Assembly (NCBI GenBank): GCA_964577195.1
Contig: CAZNYF010000002.1
Location: 1-45,679, forward strand
Direction of reading: 5' to 3'
Source of the DNA: an uncultured Thiotrichales bacterium
GTDB taxonomy: Bacteria > Pseudomonadota > Gammaproteobacteria > UWMA-0217
DNA length: 45,679 nucleotides
Shown here: positions 27,810 to 36,958 of the stretch, in pieces
How the letters are laid out: each line of letters opens with the position of its first letter
Numbering within the stretch: position 1 is the first letter of the stretch
Program-made: the position numbers and the translations under genes
Notes under the pieces: model-generated
Seen by the model: only the letters and a program-made list of their open reading frames with translations
The model's database searches: none
Told to the model about the DNA's origin: nothing

Positions 27810-29753
27810 ATGGCGACTTCCCAAGAAGATATGACCAAAAACCTTACCTTCAGACTTTACGAAGATGGTGATCAGGAATGGAAGCGGTTAAACGACCTAA
27901 TCTTTAAAGAAGATACTTCTCATAAGTGTCCTGTTTATGTTCAGCGTACACCACCTTGTCAGGGGAGTTGTCCTTCAGGGCATGATATTCGTGGTTGGTT
28001 GGATATCGTTCGCGGTATTGAAAAGCCCCCTGCAGATGTCAGTATGCAGGAATATGCATTTCGTCGTGCCACTGAGGCGAATCCTTTTCCTTCTGTAATG
28101 GGTCGAGTTTGCCCCGCACCTTGTGAAGATGGCTGTAACCGAAATGATGTCGAAGAATTTGTTGGCATCAACTCTGTTGAGCAATACATTGGTGATACCG
28201 CAATCGAAGAAGGCTTTACCTATGGTGAGCCCGGTGCAGATACAGGTAAGAAAGTCGCTGTTATCGGTGGTGGCCCTGGCGGCGTAACTGCTGCACAGCA
28301 CCTGCGTTTACTCGGCCATGCGGTAACATTGTTTGATGATAACAAGCACCTAGGTGGCTTGATGCGCTACGGCATTCCTAACTATCGGATTCCACGTGAC
28401 ACATTGGAGGCTGAAGTTAAGCGAGTCATTGATTTAGGCGTTGAAACACGCATGAATACCCGCGTTGGTGTTGATGTCAGTGTTGAAGATATTGATAAAG
28501 AATTTGATGCAGTTGTTTGGTCTATTGGCCTGCAAAAGGGTCGCGACTTGCCAATCGATGGTTGGGAAGGCGCACCAAACTGTGTTGACGCACTGGCTTA
28601 TTTGAAAGCATTTAACCAGGGTCGTATGAAAGTAACGGCTAAAAGCATCGTCTGCATCGGTGGTGGTGATACCTCTATCGACGTTGTGTCTGTTGCGCGC
28701 CGTTTGGGTTTTAACGCTAGCGCTGGCAATCCTGAAGATGTCGTTCTGGATTCTTCGATGGATCAGGATGCTTCATTGACAGAGTCTGCTACGCCTTCAG
28801 CTGCGACTCTTACATCTTTGTTTACCAAAGATAAAATGTTTGCTCAACCACATGAAATTGTGGATGCGGATCACGAAGGTGTCGTCATTCTGGATGGCTG
28901 CATGCCGCTTGAAGTGATTGTAGGTGATGATGGCCGTGCCACTGGTTTAAAGGTTTGCGATTGCACCATGGATGGAATGAAGCCTGTTCCTGTTGAAGGC
29001 ACAGAGCGTATTGTAGAGGCTGATTTGATCGTCTCTGCGATTGGTCAATATGCCGATTTAGAAGGCTTTGAAGATTTCGCTAATGACCGCGGCCTGTTTG
29101 ATGTTGATAAGAACTATCAAGTTGTCGGTAAGCCCAACCATTTTGCTGTTGGCGATATTCTCCGTCCACATCTGTTAACGACGGCAATTGGACATGCGAC
29201 CATCGCTGTTCAAGGCATTGATCAGATGTTTAAAGCTGGCGAAATGAATCGTCGTCCCAAGGTAGATAAGCACCACTTTGACCTGATGGACAAGCTGGAA
29301 GAAACCGGATTGTCTCCAGAGGACTACGATCACGAGTCAAATTGGGGAACTGAAGAGGCATCGTTCGCGGTACATAATTTCGAAAATCGTGCCGAGCATG
29401 AAATTATTAACACAGACAAATTGTTCCTCGGACATTTTGAACATACAGATAGAATCCTGCGTGGTGATATTCCTGTCAGTTCTGAAGAAGTACTGGGACA
29501 TTTCGAGGAACGCAGCATCTCTCTTGATGAAGAAAATGCAGTTAAAGAAGCTGACCGCTGCATGAGTTGCGGCATGTGCTTCGAGTGCGATAACTGCGTT
29601 ATTTTCTGCCCACAGGATGCTGTTTTCCGTGTGAAAAAATCTGAATCAACGTTAGGTCGCTACGTTGCGACTGATTACACGCGTTGCATCGGTTGTCACA
29701 TCTGTGCTGATGTTTGCCCGACTGGTTACATCGACATGGCAATGGGTGAGTAA
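27810..29753 (+). CDS. dsrL: DsrL, NAD(P)H:acceptor oxidoreductase (glutamate-synthase small-subunit-like plus ferredoxin domain)
   Basis: 647 aa. N-terminal Fe-S Cys cluster, dinucleotide fold VAVIGGGPGGVTAA, and a C-terminal 2x[4Fe-4S] region CMSCGMCFECDNCVIFCP / CIGCHICADVCP. Confidence 0.9.
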   Translation: MATSQEDMTKNLTFRLYEDGDQEWKRLNDLIFKEDTSHKCPVYVQRTPPCQGSCPSGHDIRGWLDIVRGIEKPPADVSMQEYAFRRATEANPFPSVMGRVCPAPCEDGCNRNDVEEFVGINSVEQYIGDTAIEEGFTYGEPGADTGKKVAVIGGGPGGVTAAQHLRLLGHAVTLFDDNKHLGGLMRYGIPNYRIPRDTLEAEVKRVIDLGVETRMNTRVGVDVSVEDIDKEFDAVVWSIGLQKGRDLPIDGWEGAPNCVDALAYLKAFNQGRMKVTAKSIVCIGGGDTSIDVVSVARRLGFNASAGNPEDVVLDSSMDQDASLTESATPSAATLTSLFTKDKMFAQPHEIVDADHEGVVILDGCMPLEVIVGDDGRATGLKVCDCTMDGMKPVPVEGTERIVEADLIVSAIGQYADLEGFEDFANDRGLFDVDKNYQVVGKPNHFAVGDILRPHLLTTAIGHATIAVQGIDQMFKAGEMNRRPKVDKHHFDLMDKLEETGLSPEDYDHESNWGTEEASFAVHNFENRAEHEIINTDKLFLGHFEHTDRILRGDIPVSSEEVLGHFEERSISLDEENAVKEADRCMSCGMCFECDNCVIFCPQDAVFRVKKSESTLGRYVATDYTRCIGCHICADVCPTGYIDMAMGE

Positions 29754-29770
29754 CCTTCGGGTAGAAAAAC

Positions 29771-30208
29771 ATGCTGAACTCAACACTTAAAGCGCTTTTT
29801 CTGGCAATGATGATCCTCCCCTCGCTAGTTTGGGCGGGAGGCTCGTTGTTACCAGTCATTCCCAAGGCGAATGCAGAGCAATGTGTGGGGCCGACTCAAG
29901 ATATGCGCGTTAACCACATGGATTACATTTTACATCAGCGTGATGCGACGGTGCATGAAGGAATTCGTACGAAAAAGCATGCACTTAAAGAGTGTATTAA
30001 TTGTCACGTTGTAGCGAAGGAAGACGGCAGCTATCCCAGTATTAAGACAAGCGAACATTTCTGCACCACTTGCCATAAGTACGTTGCTGTCAGTATTGAT
30101 TGTTTTCAATGTCATTCTGATAAGCCAGAACTGGCAGCTAATAAGGCAGCGGATACAGCGTTAAATAGTACAACGTCAAGCTCTAAGGTGACTGCGCATG
30201 GCCAATGA
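29771..30208 (+). CDS. dsrJ: DsrJ, periplasmic trihaem cytochrome c
   Basis: Signal peptide and three heme motifs CINCH, CTTCH, CFQCH. An upstream conserved Cys (EQCVGP) is a candidate heme ligand. Confidence 0.9.
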   Translation: MLNSTLKALFLAMMILPSLVWAGGSLLPVIPKANAEQCVGPTQDMRVNHMDYILHQRDATVHEGIRTKKHALKECINCHVVAKEDGSYPSIKTSEHFCTTCHKYVAVSIDCFQCHSDKPELAANKAADTALNSTTSSSKVTAHGQ

Positions 30209-30971
30209 AATCAGTATTTCTATTTCTCCAGTTGAGTCAAACAAGATCAATCAAAAACGGCGGACTCTATTAAAAGGTACGGCGGTTGCTGGAGCAGGTC
30301 TTGCCTTAGCGCCTGGTCTGCATTTAATGGAGGTTGCAGCAGCAAAGCCTGCAGATCAAGCAGTTACCGACAAGGTTCGCTGGGGCATGCTGATTGATAC
30401 GACCAAATGTGATGATTGCAGCGAATGTGTCACTGCTTGCAACAAAGAGCATGGCCTGAAAGATGCTGGTAAGCCAGAAACTGATGCACAATGGATTCGT
30501 AAACTGGATGTGAAAGATCCACAAACTGGTTACGCATTTTCTCTACCGCTTATGTGCCAACACTGTGAGACAGCGCCTTGTGTCGATGTTTGCCCAACAG
30601 GTGCCTCATTTAAAAGAGACGATGGCATTGTATTGGTAGATAAGCACATCTGTATTGGCTGTCGCTACTGCATGATGGCGTGCCCCTATAAGGCCCGTTC
30701 ATTTCTACATGAAGATGTCACCGATCAAAAATCCTATGCACCTCGTGGTAAAGGTACAGTCGAATCCTGCACTTTGTGTGTGCATCGAGTTGATGAAGGT
30801 GGAACCCCCGCCTGCGTCGAAGCCTGTAGTGCAGATGGACATCAAGCGATGACATTTGGCGACTTAAATGATGCTGAAAGTGATATTTCGCAAAAACTCA
30901 AACAAGGCGGCGGAAAGCAAATTCGTGCTGACCTGAGATTAAACACTGGCGTTCGGTATCAGGGAATCTAA
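30198..30971 (+). CDS. dsrO: DsrO, Tat-exported ferredoxin-like Fe-S subunit
   Basis: Twin-arginine signal QKRRTLLKG. Multiple [4Fe-4S] motifs (CDDCSECVTAC, CQHCETAPCVDVCP, CIGCRYCMMACP). It overlaps dsrJ by 11 nt. Confidence 0.9.
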   Translation: MANEISISISPVESNKINQKRRTLLKGTAVAGAGLALAPGLHLMEVAAAKPADQAVTDKVRWGMLIDTTKCDDCSECVTACNKEHGLKDAGKPETDAQWIRKLDVKDPQTGYAFSLPLMCQHCETAPCVDVCPTGASFKRDDGIVLVDKHICIGCRYCMMACPYKARSFLHEDVTDQKSYAPRGKGTVESCTLCVHRVDEGGTPACVEACSADGHQAMTFGDLNDAESDISQKLKQGGGKQIRADLRLNTGVRYQGI

Positions 30972-30975
30972 GACT

Positions 30976-32202
30976 ATGAGAATAAGATTTGCTGAAATAG
31001 ACGGAAACTCTAGAGGTTACTGGGCTTTACTATTTGGCTTGGTCGGTATTATTGTCCTGGCTCTTGGCTCTGCTTACTACATGGAGCATTACGGTCATGT
31101 CGTGACCGGAATGACCAATCAGATCGTTTGGGGAGTGCCGCATGTATTTGCTCTATTTCTGATCGTCTCTGCTTCTGGCGCGCTCAATATCGCATCAATA
31201 TCCTCGGTATTTAACAAAACTGCCTATAAGCCGCTGTCGAGATTATCTGCGTTGCTAGCATTAGCGTTGCTTGCTGGCGGACTAATGGTTTTAGTGCTCG
31301 ATCTAGGCCGTGCTGACCGACTGATAATTGCCATGACTTATTACAATTTTAAGTCAATTTTTGCCTGGAACATCATTCTGTATAACGGTTTCTTTGTCAT
31401 TGTCGGTGTCTATTTATGGATGATGATGGAAAAAAGGATGAACAAGTATGCTAAACCTGCTGGCATCGCAGCGTTTATATGGAGATTAGTCCTTACTACG
31501 GGTACAGGTTCAATTTTTGGTTTTTTAGTGGCGCGTCAGGCATTTGATGCTGCGATATTGGCACCAATGTTTATTGTCATGTCTTTCTCGTATGGTCTGG
31601 CAATTTTCAATCTTGTGATGTTTTGTTCTTACAGATTTACTGGTAGAGAGCTTGGTGATGCAATTGTTATTCGCTTGAGAAAGCTACTTGTGATTTTCGC
31701 TGCAGCAGTTCTGTATTTTGTCATTGTTTTTCATCTGACTAACCTATATGCCACAGAACATCATGGGGTCGAGCGGTTTATCTTATTAGGTGATAACGGC
31801 GGTAGCCTGTACTCCACGTTGTTTTGGGTAGGCCAGATTCTGATCGGCGGTGTGATTCCTTTGGTTCTACTATTGCTCCCAAGCACTGGAGCGAATAAAA
31901 CCATTATTGGTATCGCTTCGATATTAATCATTATTGGCGGCATTACTCAGATGTACGTGACGCTTATCGGCGCACAAGCCTATCCGCAGATATTGTTTCC
32001 AGGCATGGAAGTTTCAAGTAGTTTTTATGATGGTGTCGTCGCTTCTTACTCGCCTAGTGGTTGGGAAATCATGTTGGGTATTGGTGGTATTGCTGTGTCA
32101 CTGGCAGCCGTTGTTTTTGCAATTAAAATCTTGCCGTTTCTTCCCGAGTCACTAGCTGATTCTGTTGTTGACCCCCATTACAAAAAGGATGCTAAAAGCT
32201 GA
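30976..32202 (+). CDS. dsrP: DsrP, NrfD/PsrC-like integral membrane quinone-interacting subunit
   Basis: 408 aa, about 10 TM helices. Called also by its position after dsrO. Confidence 0.9.
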   Translation: MRIRFAEIDGNSRGYWALLFGLVGIIVLALGSAYYMEHYGHVVTGMTNQIVWGVPHVFALFLIVSASGALNIASISSVFNKTAYKPLSRLSALLALALLAGGLMVLVLDLGRADRLIIAMTYYNFKSIFAWNIILYNGFFVIVGVYLWMMMEKRMNKYAKPAGIAAFIWRLVLTTGTGSIFGFLVARQAFDAAILAPMFIVMSFSYGLAIFNLVMFCSYRFTGRELGDAIVIRLRKLLVIFAAAVLYFVIVFHLTNLYATEHHGVERFILLGDNGGSLYSTLFWVGQILIGGVIPLVLLLLPSTGANKTIIGIASILIIIGGITQMYVTLIGAQAYPQILFPGMEVSSSFYDGVVASYSPSGWEIMLGIGGIAVSLAAVVFAIKILPFLPESLADSVVDPHYKKDAKS

Positions 32203-32214
32203 TATCCAGCTTTT
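32194..32214 (+). terminator. weak hairpin overlapping the dsrP stop codon
   Basis: AAAAGCTG / CAGCTTTT stem with a 5-nt loop, followed by an AT-rich tract. First of two tandem hairpins. Confidence 0.35.
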
Positions 32215-32225
32215 AATTTATCCTG

Positions 32226-32254
32226 AAAAGGGGCGCATTATTGCGCCCTTTTTT
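32226..32254 (+). terminator. intrinsic terminator between dsrP and dsrN
   Basis: GGGCGCA (32231..32237) / TGCGCCC (32242..32248) stem with loop TTAT. It is flanked by AAAA upstream and T6 (32249..32254) downstream. It ends 20 nt before the dsrN ATG. Confidence 0.75.
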
Positions 32255-32274
32255 ATTTCACAGGTTCTAGAATT

Positions 32275-33645
32275 ATGAGTTTATATATATCTGCAGCTCA
32301 TAAATCCTCCGGTAAAACGACAGTTTCTCTGGGGCTTTGTGCCGCTATGGCAAAGCGTGGTCTATCCGTTCAGCCGTTTAAAAAAGGGCCAGATTTTATT
32401 GATCCTATCTGGTTATCCAGGGCTGCCAGGCGCCCTTGCTTGAACCTGGATTTTTATACCTCGTCTGACAGCGAGGTTATTGCGACTTTTAATCACTACT
32501 CTACTGCTAGCGATATTCAAATTATCGAGGGAAATAAAGGCCTCTATGATGGCGTTAGTCTCTCTGGTGCTGATAGTAATGCAGCAATGGCTAAATTGCT
32601 GAAATCACCTGTCATATTAGTGATAGATACGCAGGGAATGACACGTGGTATTGCTGCGCTTTTACAGGGATATACGGCCTTTGATCGAGAAGTGAGAATT
32701 GCTGGTGTTGTACTCAACCGGGTCGGTGGTCCGAGGCATGAAGCAAAGCTTATTGAATCGGTCGAGGCTTACACAGACCTGAAAGTATACGGTGCTATTC
32801 ATAAGTTGGTAGACGAGACCATTGAAGAGCGTCATTTAGGCCTTGTTCCCGCAAACGAAGATAATCTTGCCGATAAAAAAATAGAGCGCCTTAGTGATGC
32901 GGTTTCTGCACAGCTAGATATCGACGCACTAATTAGCCTCGGCAAAGACGTTCGTCCGGCGATGTCATCGCAAAAAATTAGCCAGGTTGATGGGGTTGAA
33001 ATGCGTATTGCTATCGCTATGGATTCTGCCTTTGGCTTTTATTACCAGGATGACCTCGATGCTTTTAAACAGGCAGGGGCAAAGCTAATCCCGTTTAGCC
33101 CTATTCAAGATACGCAACTACCCGAGGCAGACGGTTTATTCCTCGGTGGGGGCTTTCCAGAGCGGCATATGGAGGCGTTGGAAACGAATCAACTGATGCG
33201 TGAATCCATTAAGCAGGCAATAGAGCTAGGGATGCCTACGTATGCAGAGTGTGGCGGATTAATGTACCTAAGCAAAGAGATTCAATGGCAATCGAAACGT
33301 GCCGCAGGCGTTGGCGTTATTCCCGCAAAAACGCTCATGCAACAGCGCCCACAGGGGAGAGGCTACATGCAGCTTAAAGAAACCGGTGCAAGTCTATGGC
33401 CTGATGGTGAGCTTACGAATATTATCAATGCCCACGAGTTCCATTATTCTCAGCTTGAAGAGCTTCCCGATTCGACGGATTACGCGTACGAAGTTGTCCG
33501 AGGTAGCGGGATTAATCAGCAGAGAGACGGAATCGTCTACAAGAACCTTCTCGCCAACTATGCACATTTGCGCGATAGCAGGCAGCATCGATGGGTCAGC
33601 AGGTTTGTGTCATTTGTGCGCCAGCAACGCTTGAAAACTGTGTGA
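32275..33645 (+). CDS. dsrN: DsrN, cobyrinic acid a,c-diamide synthase-like (siroheme amidation by analogy)
   Basis: 456 aa. N-terminal ATPase motif SGKTTVSLGL and a C-terminal glutamine amidotransferase Cys (AECGGLMYL). Called also by its position after dsrP. Confidence 0.85.
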   Translation: MSLYISAAHKSSGKTTVSLGLCAAMAKRGLSVQPFKKGPDFIDPIWLSRAARRPCLNLDFYTSSDSEVIATFNHYSTASDIQIIEGNKGLYDGVSLSGADSNAAMAKLLKSPVILVIDTQGMTRGIAALLQGYTAFDREVRIAGVVLNRVGGPRHEAKLIESVEAYTDLKVYGAIHKLVDETIEERHLGLVPANEDNLADKKIERLSDAVSAQLDIDALISLGKDVRPAMSSQKISQVDGVEMRIAIAMDSAFGFYYQDDLDAFKQAGAKLIPFSPIQDTQLPEADGLFLGGGFPERHMEALETNQLMRESIKQAIELGMPTYAECGGLMYLSKEIQWQSKRAAGVGVIPAKTLMQQRPQGRGYMQLKETGASLWPDGELTNIINAHEFHYSQLEELPDSTDYAYEVVRGSGINQQRDGIVYKNLLANYAHLRDSRQHRWVSRFVSFVRQQRLKTV

Positions 33646-33709
33646 ATTCCCCAATATTGATATGAAATGCTAGACTTCTTTTTGAACCAAAACTTTATTA
33701 GGCAACCAA

Positions 33710-34024
33710 ATGATTACAGTTACCCCCGTCGCTGCCGAGCGAATTAAGCATTCCGTGTCTAAAGCTGATGCTGATGGCATGGTATTACGTGTTGCAGTAC
33801 AGACAAAATCTGATGGCAGCTTTCATTATGCAATGGGTTTTGATGAGGTTAAAGGTGGTGAAGATTTTAGCCTTGTAAGCGAAGGAATCGACATTGTCGT
33901 TGATAAAGAATCAGAGAATCTATTACGCGGCATGACGATAGATTTTTTAGAGCTGGAATCAGGCGCTGAATTTGTCTTCATGAATCCAAATGACCCAGCC
34001 TACGTACCGCCCGAGAATAATTAA
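33710..34024 (+). CDS. dsrR: DsrR, IscA/HesB-like protein lacking the cluster-binding cysteines
   Basis: 104 aa with an IscA-like pattern (ITVTPVAAERIK...LRVAV...GF.Y...D) and no cysteine at all. It follows dsrN, as in Allochromatium. Confidence 0.75.
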   Translation: MITVTPVAAERIKHSVSKADADGMVLRVAVQTKSDGSFHYAMGFDEVKGGEDFSLVSEGIDIVVDKESENLLRGMTIDFLELESGAEFVFMNPNDPAYVPPENN

Positions 34025-35294
34025 GCGACTTAACTTAACTGTGGTAAAAAATAGCAAATCGAAATACGATCTTCTTCATAAAGCGGATTCATCGGAGGAA
34101 GGTAGAAAAACCCTACTGACAGGTCTTTCCAGCCTGCAAGTCATGCTTGAGATTGTTTCCAAAGTCAGTTTGGCTGTGGATATAAATGAAGTATTAATGC
34201 GTTTTTTGCACACCATCGCTGACTTAACAGAATCTTGGGGTGGCACTATCCGCCTGCGTGGAGAAGATGGACAAATGTACCTCGTTAACAGCGTTGGTAT
34301 GGATGATGATATTGTATATCGGGAGCGCGTGATTCCAGCAAGCTCGTGTATTTGTGGAAATATCGATACCGACAGTCAGGTGTTTTTTAAAAAAAATCTA
34401 AGCAAATGCACGGAGGTGCTTAAACGAGATTTTTTTAACGAAAGCTCCAAAGATAATCCCGGTTTATCCATGATTATTGGTGCCCTGACTAGTAAGGGGA
34501 AAATACTGGGAATGTTCAATTTATATGTCGATCAGGATAAGTTAGAGGCGTATCGTGAGTTTGAAGAGCTATTTAGTCGGCTGGGTGAATACGTTGGTTT
34601 AGCTATTGAGAAAATCCGTTTTACGGAAGAAGTGGAACAAATGTCGATTGTTGAAGAACGTGCAAGAATGGCAAATGAGCTTCATGATTCACTCGCTCAA
34701 ACAATGGCTAGCGTTCGATTTCAGGTACGGGTTCTGGATGACACCTTGCATGAGGGCAATGAAGAGTCGTTATGGGTGAATCTAGAAAAAATAGAAAATA
34801 CTCTGGATGAAGCCAATGATGAATTACGTGAACTAATCGCCCATTTTCGTGCTCCGATGGATGAACAAGGGGTGATTTCCGGGGTAATCCGTGCTGTCGA
34901 GCGGTTTCGACGTTATAGTGAAATACCCATTTTCTTGCAACGGGACTGGCCCGATGTTCGGCTGCCTGCGGAATACGAACTTCAGATTGTACGTATCGTG
35001 CAGGAAAGTTTGGCTAATATTCGAAAACACAGTTCAGCTAAAATAGTCCGTGTTTTGTTACGCGGTAATAAAGACGGTGAATATCGGGTATTGGTAGAGG
35101 ATGATGGCGTAGGTTTGCGCAAAGGGTTACGTAACCCGGGTCACTCTGGAGAACACATCGGCTTAAGTATTATGAAAGATCGCGCTAAAAGAATTCATGG
35201 CACGTTGATTGTCGAAAGCGAGCCTGGAGAGGGAACTCGAGTGCTCCTGAAATTTAATTCCCCTCATGTGGAAAAAGATAAAAATCATGGATAA
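33990..35294 (+). CDS. cytoplasmic GAF-domain sensor histidine kinase (HisKA_3 / NarX-LiaS class)
   Basis: No TM segments. The N-terminal half is GAF-like, with a CxC (SSCICGN) and a further Cys. H-box ANELHDSLAQ and HATPase_c motifs (VEDDGVGL, GLSIMKDRA, ESEPGEGT). The start is uncertain: ATG 33990 overlaps dsrR, and GTG 34041 is an alternative. Confidence 0.85.
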   Translation: MTQPTYRPRIIKRLNLTVVKNSKSKYDLLHKADSSEEGRKTLLTGLSSLQVMLEIVSKVSLAVDINEVLMRFLHTIADLTESWGGTIRLRGEDGQMYLVNSVGMDDDIVYRERVIPASSCICGNIDTDSQVFFKKNLSKCTEVLKRDFFNESSKDNPGLSMIIGALTSKGKILGMFNLYVDQDKLEAYREFEELFSRLGEYVGLAIEKIRFTEEVEQMSIVEERARMANELHDSLAQTMASVRFQVRVLDDTLHEGNEESLWVNLEKIENTLDEANDELRELIAHFRAPMDEQGVISGVIRAVERFRRYSEIPIFLQRDWPDVRLPAEYELQIVRIVQESLANIRKHSSAKIVRVLLRGNKDGEYRVLVEDDGVGLRKGLRNPGHSGEHIGLSIMKDRAKRIHGTLIVESEPGEGTRVLLKFNSPHVEKDKNHG

Positions 35295-35955
35295 ATTACG
35301 CGTACTTATTATCGATGACCACACCTTGTTCAGAGAAGGTTTACAGGGTTTGTTGGAGCGTCGAAACATTGAAGTGATTGCATCGCTCGGTGATGGAAAA
35401 GAAGGCATCGAAGCAGCTGAAAAATTACAGCCAGATGTCATTTTGCTGGATATGCGAATGCCGGACATGGATGGCTTAATGGTGCTACGCCAATTAAGAC
35501 AAAAATCTCTGAAAATGCCAACCGCGATCTTAACCACCAGCAGCAATGAAAATGATTTAATCGAAGCCTTGAGAAGTGGCGCGCAAGGCTATCTACTCAA
35601 AGATATGGAACCAGATAAATTGGTCGTCGCTTTGTTGGAAATTGTCGATGGCAAAACTGTAGTCGCTCCCATGCTGACAACGGTTCTAGCAAGAGTGATA
35701 AAAGGTGAGAGCGCGGAGCCGCAAAAGCCAAAACCCATAGATACACTAACGCCTCGCGAAACAGAGATTCTTGGCCTGCTTGCAGAAGGTTTGAGTAATA
35801 AAATGATAGCGAAAAAACTGGGTATTTCTGACGGTACAGTCAAACTTCACGTAAAAGCGATATTACGCAAGCTCTCCGTACACTCGCGTGTTGAAGCCGC
35901 CGTAATCGCGGTTGAACACGGATTCCGCGCCACCACAGTTTCGTCTTACGATTAG
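35287..35955 (+). CDS. NarL/LuxR-family response regulator
   Basis: The ATG at 35287 overlaps the kinase stop by 8 nt. REC domain (VLIIDDH...DVILLDMRMPDMDG) and C-terminal HTH LTPRETEILGLLAEGLSNKMIAKKLGISDGTVKLHV. Confidence 0.9.
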   Translation: MDKLRVLIIDDHTLFREGLQGLLERRNIEVIASLGDGKEGIEAAEKLQPDVILLDMRMPDMDGLMVLRQLRQKSLKMPTAILTTSSNENDLIEALRSGAQGYLLKDMEPDKLVVALLEIVDGKTVVAPMLTTVLARVIKGESAEPQKPKPIDTLTPRETEILGLLAEGLSNKMIAKKLGISDGTVKLHVKAILRKLSVHSRVEAAVIAVEHGFRATTVSSYD

Positions 35956-35975
35956 TCTCTCAAAAATAATTTGCT

Positions 35976-36446
35976 ATGAAATCTTTTAGTCAGCTCGTTG
36001 ATGAGCAAGCAAAGTCCGTTGTAGAAATCATGCCCTGGGATCTGGAAGAGCGCTTGCAGTCAAAGAATACGCCATTGTTGCTAGATGTACGCGAACCTGC
36101 TGAATTTGACGCCATGCATATCAATGGGGCAATCAATGTGCCGCGAGGTGTTCTCGAGTCAGCTTGTGAATATGATTACGACGAGACTGAACCAACGTTA
36201 GTTGCAGCACGCGATAAAGAGGTGATTGTCATTTGCCGGTCTGGTCATCGTAGCGTGCTGGCGGCATTTACTTTGCGGTATTTAGGTTTTAACCAGGCTA
36301 TTTCCCTGAAAACAGGTATGCGTGGTTGGAGCGATTACGAACAACCAATGATTGATAAGGGCGGTAACAAAGTTGCCTTTGAAGATGCTGATGAATTCTT
36401 CGAGACCAAGTTGCGTGAAGATCAAATCAACCCGGCTCGAAAATAA
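35976..36446 (+). CDS. rhodanese-like sulfurtransferase
   Basis: 156 aa with the active-site loop CRSGHRS. It starts 20 nt after the response regulator stop, so it is probably in the same operon. Confidence 0.85.
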   Translation: MKSFSQLVDEQAKSVVEIMPWDLEERLQSKNTPLLLDVREPAEFDAMHINGAINVPRGVLESACEYDYDETEPTLVAARDKEVIVICRSGHRSVLAAFTLRYLGFNQAISLKTGMRGWSDYEQPMIDKGGNKVAFEDADEFFETKLREDQINPARK

Positions 36447-36951
36447 ACTTTCCAGTTTTAAACCGGTTGTTGATTCAACATGCCGAATCTTGATTCTCGG
36501 TTCAATGCCCGGGATTAAATCACTTCAAGCCCAGGCATATTACGCGCATCCCAGAAACGCTTTCTGGAAAATAATGCAAGCGCTGTTTGGAATTGATATC
36601 GAAGTGAGTTATTCATCCAGATATGCTGCTTTGCTAAAATCAAATATCGCATTGTGGGATACACTCCAAAGCTGTCAGCGTGAAGGTAGTCTGGATGCAA
36701 AAATAGATCGGGGCTCTGAGGTTGCTAATGACTTTTTGGGTTTATTAGGTAATGCGCCAGAGATCTCACATATATTTTTTAACGGAGCTAAATCCGAGAG
36801 TGCATTCAATAGACTCGTCGCAAAAGAATTACTACAAAAATATCCAGAGCTAAAATTGATTCGATTACCATCGACCAGCCCGGCACACGCATCATTGTCA
36901 TTCGAAGGTAAATTAAATAGTTGGTCTATGATTAAACAAGTTCTGAATTAA
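36352..36951 (+). CDS. DNA-deoxyinosine (hypoxanthine) glycosylase, UDG superfamily
   Basis: ILILGSMPGIKSL, YYAHPRNAFW and LPSTSPA motifs. The true start is uncertain: the ORF-track start overlaps the rhodanese gene by 95 nt, and ATGs at 36385 and 36391 are alternatives. Confidence 0.6.
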   Translation: MIRAVTKLPLKMLMNSSRPSCVKIKSTRLENKLSSFKPVVDSTCRILILGSMPGIKSLQAQAYYAHPRNAFWKIMQALFGIDIEVSYSSRYAALLKSNIALWDTLQSCQREGSLDAKIDRGSEVANDFLGLLGNAPEISHIFFNGAKSESAFNRLVAKELLQKYPELKLIRLPSTSPAHASLSFEGKLNSWSMIKQVLN

Positions 36952-36958
36952 TCTCAGG

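Noticed and set aside
36352-36446. 95-nt overlap between the second rhodanese and the DNA glycosylase ORF
   Set aside because: This is probably an artefact of choosing the longest ORF. The conserved glycosylase core starts near ILILGSMPG, but I could not fix the true start from sequence alone.
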